From a virus, in the IMG/VR virus record IMGVR_UViG_3300011269_000001: a DNA stretch of 64,000 bases. The stretch is one strand, 5' to 3'. Made by a program: the position numbers and the translations under genes. Shown here one piece after another: positions 57,631 through 64,000 of the stretch (position 1 is its first letter; each line of letters opens with the position of its first letter). Under the pieces are notes generated by a model. That model saw only the letters and a program-made list of their open reading frames with translations. It did no database searches and was not told the DNA's origin.

Positions 57631-60132
57631 ATGCCAGATACCTCCTCAGTCGACCCTAAATTTGGGTCAGCCGACCTAGCGGCCCGGAACGTAACCACTC
57701 AGATTCCTAACAGTGGTATTGGTGGAACTCTGGATGACCCTTTCTGGCAGGTTTCAGACATTGTCGGTACGCGCTGGAACAAGGTCTTCCCGTATCAGTT
57801 ACTCATTATCAAAAAGAATGGAAGCGGGTACGACGTCAGAGATGACCAAAAATTCACTCTCCCCATTCCCCCGACCGACCTCACCATCAGCACCCCGTTT
57901 GCCATTACCACGGTGCCTACCCTCGGGGGAATCGTGGAAGAGCACAACGCTGCCCCACTACGTACCATCACTATCCGTGGCACAACCGGCGTCAACCCGC
58001 TTAAAGGTGCTGCTCCACAGTCTCAACGTCTGAGTATCCCCGACGCTATCTTCGCCGGAACCTTGAATGCGGCCCGAGCAGCAGCCAGCCAGGGCCTGAC
58101 AGCTATCAAAGGCCCGACGACAACCCCGAACGTTATCCCGGACGGGGACTTTGCCGGTGCCCCGGGGCAAATAACCGGATACTATCAGTTTCAGTTGCTC
58201 CGAAAGTTCTTTGAAGCATACATTACTCTGAAGAAGTCGGCTGCCGGCCGTGACTTCCGTCTGGCTTTCGCCATCTGGAAGGACCCGGCTGTTTACCTGG
58301 TGACGCCGGTGGTATTCGATGTCATCCGAAACGGTACTTCCCCTTTCGAGTACACGTACAACATTCAGTTCCGAGCCTGGAAGAGAATCAGAATCGGTGA
58401 AGGTCCGACTCCGTTCACCAGAACCCCGACCATCAGAGACCCGAATGCCCTGGCTCAGTCGCTGAATCGACTGGAAGCCGCTCGTCGAGCTGTACAGAAA
58501 TCCAAAGACGCTATCAGAGCCGTGCGCGCGGACGTCGATGCGTCTCTGTTTCAACCGCTCCGAGGTGTAGTCCTCTTCATCAAAGACATTCTCGGAGTAC
58601 CTATCACCATCGCAGACCTGCCGGCGAATATTGCCCGGGACATGAAAGAACCTATCCTAGAAGCCGTTGGCCTGGATACTTTTCCCGCGGCTATTGGAAA
58701 ATCTTTTACCGATATCGGACCGAACGTCAGACGTGAATTCGCAACGCTCCTGCAACAAATCCGGGACCTCAGTGTCATTACCGGCAAAGCTCAAACCGGT
58801 ACCGCTCAGCAAGTAAATGCTCAGCAGGATATTTCCGGAGCTTCTGCCCCGAATAAGGTTTTCAACAATCCTGACGATAACTTTGGCTTTTTCAGCCTTA
58901 TCCAGGTCGGGCTCTTGAACATCCCCCCGACAACCACCAGGGCAATTTCAACTGAAAGGGCAAGAGTCCAAAAATTCACCCGAAAGGACTTCGAAAACCA
59001 ACGTGATGGCTTCCAGTCCGTGCTCGATGATTTCTCGGACTTTGTCGGAGCCGGCCATCCAACCTACACCAAGACCTTCAATCGACCCACTGTCACCACG
59101 ACCCGGACTCCGACGTCCGATGACTTCGACGTCATCTTCAACCTAAATCAAATTATCCTCGAAACGAACCGTCTCGCGGCTTCCGGGACTATCGATGACC
59201 GGAACTTCTTGAGTGCCTTGGACTTTATTGCCGGCCTGGCCACGAAATCCGGTATCGCCTTCAAGGTTCCGACGTCAAAGTTCTCGGTGCCGATGCCCTA
59301 TCAATACACTCTGGAACAACTCTCTGCACGGTATCTTGGGACCCCGGACCGGTGGCACGAAATTGCCGCCCTCAATGGTCTCAGGGCTCCGTACATAGAC
59401 GAAATCGGATTTGACCTGGCTCTGATAGCTAACGGAAATGGAAGTCAGGTTGTTGTCTCTGTGGCTACGAACTTGTTCGTCGGCCAGGGAATATACATCA
59501 GCAGCACGGCCACTCCTCGGGAAAGGCGGCGCATCACCGGCATTGAGAAGGTCAACGACAGCTACTTCGTCGTTTCTCTGGACGGTGTCGCAAATCTTGA
59601 CCGGTACACGGTTTTGGCATCGGCGGTTATCCATGCCTTCTTGCCGGATACCGTCAACTCGCAGATGCAGGTCTTCATCCCCAGTGACGAGCAACCCAGC
59701 GAAAACGATTTCAAGGCCAAGTCAATTCCCGGAGTTGATGAGCTTGATGACTTGGTGCGTATCGGCGGTATCGACTTGCTCCTGACCCCTCTCGGGGACC
59801 TGGTCATAACCCCAGACGGCGACACCCGCCTGGCGGTAGGGATGACAAATATTATTCAGCAAGCCCGGCTGGCAATTGCCACACCCCGCGGTAGTCTACT
59901 TCATCATCCGGAATTTGGAATCGGCATCATCATCGGCACGAGTATCGCCGACCTCAGCGCCCAAGACCTCTTTGATTCCACAAAGAAACTCTTCGCCAAC
60001 AACCCCACCTTTACCGGGGTCCAGTCTGCGTCCGTGCTTCTGAACGGACCCGTGGCCAGAATAGCTCTGTCAGTCGGTATCGCCGGGACCAATCGTAATT
60101 TGCCCCTGACTTTCGACATCAACCGGTTTTAA
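57631..60132 (+). CDS. Fused baseplate protein (tube-initiator-like, LysM-like and gp25-like wedge domains)
   Basis: TLPIPP.DL...T.PTLGG...I.GTTG; TLEQLSARYLGTPDRWHEIAALNGL..P; NIIQQARLAIATPRGSLLHHPEFG. Confidence 0.7.
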   Translation: MPDTSSVDPKFGSADLAARNVTTQIPNSGIGGTLDDPFWQVSDIVGTRWNKVFPYQLLIIKKNGSGYDVRDDQKFTLPIPPTDLTISTPFAITTVPTLGGIVEEHNAAPLRTITIRGTTGVNPLKGAAPQSQRLSIPDAIFAGTLNAARAAASQGLTAIKGPTTTPNVIPDGDFAGAPGQITGYYQFQLLRKFFEAYITLKKSAAGRDFRLAFAIWKDPAVYLVTPVVFDVIRNGTSPFEYTYNIQFRAWKRIRIGEGPTPFTRTPTIRDPNALAQSLNRLEAARRAVQKSKDAIRAVRADVDASLFQPLRGVVLFIKDILGVPITIADLPANIARDMKEPILEAVGLDTFPAAIGKSFTDIGPNVRREFATLLQQIRDLSVITGKAQTGTAQQVNAQQDISGASAPNKVFNNPDDNFGFFSLIQVGLLNIPPTTTRAISTERARVQKFTRKDFENQRDGFQSVLDDFSDFVGAGHPTYTKTFNRPTVTTTRTPTSDDFDVIFNLNQIILETNRLAASGTIDDRNFLSALDFIAGLATKSGIAFKVPTSKFSVPMPYQYTLEQLSARYLGTPDRWHEIAALNGLRAPYIDEIGFDLALIANGNGSQVVVSVATNLFVGQGIYISSTATPRERRRITGIEKVNDSYFVVSLDGVANLDRYTVLASAVIHAFLPDTVNSQMQVFIPSDEQPSENDFKAKSIPGVDELDDLVRIGGIDLLLTPLGDLVITPDGDTRLAVGMTNIIQQARLAIATPRGSLLHHPEFGIGIIIGTSIADLSAQDLFDSTKKLFANNPTFTGVQSASVLLNGPVARIALSVGIAGTNRNLPLTFDINRF

Positions 60133-60149
60133 TCCTCAGTCAAATCCTT

Positions 60150-60171
60150 TACCTCAGCTTTTGCTGAGGTA
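60150..60171 (+). terminator. Hairpin between wedge and baseplate-J genes
   Basis: TACCTCAGC-TTTT-GCTGAGGTA 9-bp stem; no strong U-tract. Confidence 0.4.
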
Positions 60172-60211
60172 CGCGGCAATCTTGATGATTAGCCCCTCAG
60201 AAAACTAACTC

Positions 60212-63200
60212 ATGGCCACAATCCCAGTCCCACGTTCGTTTAGCCAGATAGTTGGAGACATGCTGGACGCGTTGACCTCGCGTTTCGGCATCCCCAGCGT
60301 CAAGGTCGGGTCCCCGACCCTGGCAATCATTGAGGCAGCGGCTCAATCTGACCTCCGAAGCAGCCAAGACCTGTTCCAACTACTGGATTCTACGAGCTTG
60401 GACCGTGCCGAAGGCCTGGCATTGGACCGGATTGGTGCCGATGAGGACCGGCCTCGAATCAAAGAGACTCCGTCCAGCGGCCCGGTGAGCATCAGCGACA
60501 CCTCTTTCACGAAGGTGGCGACAAAAATATTTCAAGGCCTCCCGGCGCCTATCATCGGGTCTACGGTTATTTTCGTGGTAGCTGGTACAAGCCTCACGGG
60601 CTTTGTTGTCGGCTCGAATCCAGGTCCAGGAACCTCTGGTAGCATCTACATCGGCCGTGGGACGACCAACTATGAGGGCCCACTGTTCTACAACCGCATT
60701 GACGACTTCACGTCTTACGTGGCTATCAATTTGGTTGCCGGGACAAACAAATTTCACAACCTCGGCGAAACCGTCATCTTGGCCCAGGGCGGAAACCGAA
60801 CCGTCGGTGCTGGGACCCTGGTTCAAACCCCTCAGGGTAACATCAACAGCAGTGTTCAGTTCGCAACTCAATTCTCGGCCGTGGTACCGGACGGTGAGAC
60901 CCAGATAACCGGTGTCACGGTCATCTGTCAGCAGAATGGTGTCATCGGCAATATTGTTGCCAGTGCCATCAGCTCTTTTATTTCTTCCCCGTTTGTCGGA
61001 GCTTCGGTCACCAACACGGTGCCATTCACTAACGGACTTCCTGAAGAAGACGACCCGACTTTCCGAGAATCAATTCGAAACGTCAGAGCCTCCAGGGCCA
61101 AAGGCACAGCCTTGGCCATCAAGACCGGCGTCACCGGCGTCACGGCTCTGGATGAGAACAAGAGAGTTATCAGTGCTTCCATCATCACCCCTCAAGGTCT
61201 TCCGGCAACGTTGTTTATTGACGACGGAACCGGATACGAGGAAAAAGATATTGGTATCGCTTTCGAGACCTTGGCCGACCAGGCCGTAGGTGGTGAGCAA
61301 TTCTTCCAACTCGCGGCATCCAAGCCAGTAGCTAAAGCCTTCACCATGACCACCAACAGTGCTCCGTTCGCATTGGTCAACGGCTCTAAGTTAGCGGTTC
61401 GTAGCGGTGGCATTATCACCAAACATACTTTTACGGCCGCCGGTCAATTCAGGGCCATCGGTAATGCTAGCGCGTTTGAAGTGGTAGCGGACGTCAACGC
61501 TGACCCGACGATTGGATTTAACGCCAGAACGGCAAATGGCGGCACCCAGGTTGTCCTTGTCTCCAGAACTGACGTCAACGAGGATGTTGAAGTTCTAGCT
61601 CCGGGTGGTACGGACATCGACGCTAACCTGATTCTCGGCTTCCCAGCTGGGCGCGTAGACACTCTGAGACTGTACAAGAACGACAGACTCCTGTTCAAGG
61701 ACGGCTTTGTGGCTACCCTGAACAGCAATCCCCAGAGCCTCTGGGGCGCAATGTCCAGCGGTGAAACCCTCATCCTGACCGTTGACGGTACCGCGCTCCC
61801 AGGCACTGTCACGTTTACGGATTCAGACTTCATCAACGCCGGCACTGTCTACAGTACTTTGTCGAATACGAACACTATCGCATCTTGGGCAGCGGTCATC
61901 AACTTCAAAATCCCCGGTGTCACAGCCAGCGTTCAAGCCGGGCTATTGAACATCGTCAGCAATCTGGGAGCTAACGTCCGAGCAGCTGTCAACATAACCG
62001 GTGGGACTCTGGTCAGCAAGGGCATGTTCAATGCGACCTTGGTCCTGGGCCTGGCCAACGACTACAGTCTTGACAGAAACCTTGGACAGTTGAGACTCGC
62101 CAACAATAATATTCTTGCCGTCGGCGACCGATTGACTGCCGGTAGCCCAAACACTCGGGCCTTCGTACAGACCTCGACTCTGACTACGGTAAATTTAGTC
62201 AACCCGGCAGAACTTTGGTTCGTAGTCGATGGCGCAGCTGCCTTGGTCAAGACCGGTATCAACAACTCGACTGCCATCACCGTCGCCAGCGTGGCCACTA
62301 TGGCCTGGGGGCAGAGAATTCGGGTCACTGCTACGCCGGCGGTGTTCATCAACGCGGCAGCCGGTAACTGGGCAATTTTTAATGACCCGAACTTTGTGGC
62401 CGCAAATCGCGGGGCCTGGCGTATTGCCAACGTTGACCCGGTAGGCGGCTTCATCGAAATTGAACGGCCGACGAGCTGGGCTTCGCCACAGGCTTCTATC
62501 ACCTTGACTCAGGCTGGTCTTTTCATCGTCAACACTCTGGCAGAAGTTCAGAAGATAGTCATCCCCATCGGGAACAACTATACAGCCACCACTCTAGCCA
62601 CGAGTATCAACTCTCAGTTGGTCGGTGGAACGGCGGCTGTCTTCAGGACCAATACCCTCAGGGTCAGGACCAATACCTTTGCCACAACCGGCGATGTCGC
62701 CCTCGTGGCCCAGAACCTTGAGGCCCAAAAGCTTACCTTCACGACCGGTAACTCTATCCCGAATCTCAGTAGTCACCTGGCTTCGGCAATTGCAGCTCGT
62801 CGTGAGTACGGTACGACTCCATTCACTGTGAATTCGGTGACGTCTTCTACCGGAGCCAACAACTTTACGGTCAGCGCCCTCGGCAACATCTTCAGCGGTG
62901 CTCAGGAAGCCAGCCGCAAGAATCTGCCTGATGATGCTATCAACTATACCGCGCAAACTGTTGCCTTTACGGTTGGCGGCACCTTGACCGGCGGGACCAG
63001 CGGTGCCACGGCAACTATTGCTGCGAACAACAATAGCGGCACCACAGGAACTTTGTATTTGACAGGCCGTAGTGGAACTTTCATCGGCGGGGAAATCATC
63101 ACCGGTAGTATTACCGGCTCCGCGACTTCAGTAGCACCGGGAAGCTACCTGGCAGGTCGCTGGGGTAAGTCGGCATTTACCAGCGCAATTCAATCCATTT

Positions 63201-64000
63201 CCGGAACCACAGTTAACCTCCGTCGTTCCGTGATTCAAGGAGAGTGGCTGCCTCAAGACCGCCTGTATCCCGCGGCTCCTTTTGCTCTTAATGGCCAAGG
63301 CATCCTGACGACAATCGTCGACGGTGACGCTGTCAGCAAGAGATTCGTAGTAAATATGTTCCGTCGCGGTAAGCCGGCCACGACGGTATACGGGGCCACG
63401 GTTGCTATCAAGGACGCTGACAACAGCAATAAATCCTTGGCCGCAGCTTTTGGGACTAGCTTTGACTGGACTGATTTTGCGGTATTCATGCGCGGTCGCA
63501 CGAAGTCTCACGGTAGCCCTGACAATTCCAAGACCGGCCTCTGGCGTTATGGGCGTTCGGGTCCGGAAGGCAACGTGGCCCGGTTGGCTTACAACTATCC
63601 GATTGCACCGTCATCCCCGGTCTCGGTGGTCACCGATACTTTTACCGACGGGAACATCAACCTCACCATCAGATTGCCTAGCGGACCGGCTCGAACCGGA
63701 ACTACTATCCGCAACAGTACCAACGTTGGCGTAGCCTTTCAGACGTTTACCGGTGGCACCGGACTCTATTCGGTCATTTACGTCCTCGGGTTCCCGATTT
63801 CGACGGCGAGCAGGACCACGAACGTCACCACCCTAACCTTGACGCTCGCGGGTTCTATCACCAACCACGGACTCTTGACCGGGAACCAGATTTTTGTCAA
63901 CAGTACGAACGTCAACTTCAGTTCTGGTATCTTCACCATCACTGCTGTCACCGCGACCACGGTCCAATACACAGAAACTGCAGCCGACCAAGTCGCGACT
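60212..64000 (+). CDS. Baseplate J-like wedge protein with very long extension (3'-truncated; absent from the ORF track)
   Basis: Manual translation: MATIPVPRSFSQIVGDMLDALTSRFG...DRAEGLALDRIG...EEDDPTFRESIRNVRASRAKGTALAIK. The ORF track lists no closed ORF in this frame, consistent with about 1263 open codons to the window end. Confidence 0.8.
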   Translation, partial: MATIPVPRSFSQIVGDMLDALTSRFGIPSVKVGSPTLAIIEAAAQSDLRSSQDLFQLLDSTSLDRAEGLALDRIGADEDRPRIKETPSSGPVSISDTSFTKVATKIFQGLPAPIIGSTVIFVVAGTSLTGFVVGSNPGPGTSGSIYIGRGTTNYEGPLFYNRIDDFTSYVAINLVAGTNKFHNLGETVILAQGGNRTVGAGTLVQTPQGNINSSVQFATQFSAVVPDGETQITGVTVICQQNGVIGNIVASAISSFISSPFVGASVTNTVPFTNGLPEEDDPTFRESIRNVRASRAKGTALAIKTGVTGVTALDENKRVISASIITPQGLPATLFIDDGTGYEEKDIGIAFETLADQAVGGEQFFQLAASKPVAKAFTMTTNSAPFALVNGSKLAVRSGGIITKHTFTAAGQFRAIGNASAFEVVADVNADPTIGFNARTANGGTQVVLVSRTDVNEDVEVLAPGGTDIDANLILGFPAGRVDTLRLYKNDRLLFKDGFVATLNSNPQSLWGAMSSGETLILTVDGTALPGTVTFTDSDFINAGTVYSTLSNTNTIASWAAVINFKIPGVTASVQAGLLNIVSNLGANVRAAVNITGGTLVSKGMFNATLVLGLANDYSLDRNLGQLRLANNNILAVGDRLTAGSPNTRAFVQTSTLTTVNLVNPAELWFVVDGAAALVKTGINNSTAITVASVATMAWGQRIRVTATPAVFINAAAGNWAIFNDPNFVAANRGAWRIANVDPVGGFIEIERPTSWASPQASITLTQAGLFIVNTLAEVQKIVIPIGNNYTATTLATSINSQLVGGTAAVFRTNTLRVRTNTFATTGDVALVAQNLEAQKLTFTTGNSIPNLSSHLASAIAARREYGTTPFTVNSVTSSTGANNFTVSALGNIFSGAQEASRKNLPDDAINYTAQTVAFTVGGTLTGGTSGATATIAANNNSGTTGTLYLTGRSGTFIGGEIITGSITGSATSVAPGSYLAGRWGKSAFTSAIQSISGTTVNLRRSVIQGEWLPQDRLYPAAPFALNGQGILTTIVDGDAVSKRFVVNMFRRGKPATTVYGATVAIKDADNSNKSLAAAFGTSFDWTDFAVFMRGRTKSHGSPDNSKTGLWRYGRSGPEGNVARLAYNYPIAPSSPVSVVTDTFTDGNINLTIRLPSGPARTGTTIRNSTNVGVAFQTFTGGTGLYSVIYVLGFPISTASRTTNVTTLTLTLAGSITNHGLLTGNQIFVNSTNVNFSSGIFTITAVTATTVQYTETAADQVAT

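Overview
A 64 kb segment of a large contractile-tailed (myovirus, jumbo-like) dsDNA phage. Virion genes lie on the + strand in separate islands: neck and head-internal proteins (7.0-21.1 kb), tail sheath and tube (21.1-24.2 kb), then tail chaperones, tape measure, hub, spike, a fused wedge and a very long baseplate-J gene running off the right end (50.6-64 kb). Many are preceded by a CAATCTT motif that looks like a late promoter. Blocks of short, mostly minus-strand accessory genes lie between them: Rnl2-like RNA ligase, RtcB, Pth2-like and bL12-CTD-like proteins, dNMP kinase, SNF2 helicase, MazG, family-4 UDG, RNase H, AAA ATPase, four homing-type endonucleases and five tRNAs. The standout is a compact minus-strand cassette at 24174-25647: a sigma70-type promoter, a solitary Cas7/RAMP-like gene, a translationally coupled small gene, and a non-CRISPR array. 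The array has five units, each a constant CAAAGCAGGC handle followed by a strict 5-nt period of [variable NN + GGY/AGC/GGA], and ends at a 17-bp hairpin. It looks like a programmable guide-RNA system whose information sits in non-contiguous dinucleotides. A ~140-nt tRNA-like RNA at 6.77-6.91 kb, possibly part of a permuted tmRNA, is the second most unusual element. All protein assignments are from motif recognition by eye; no searches were run.
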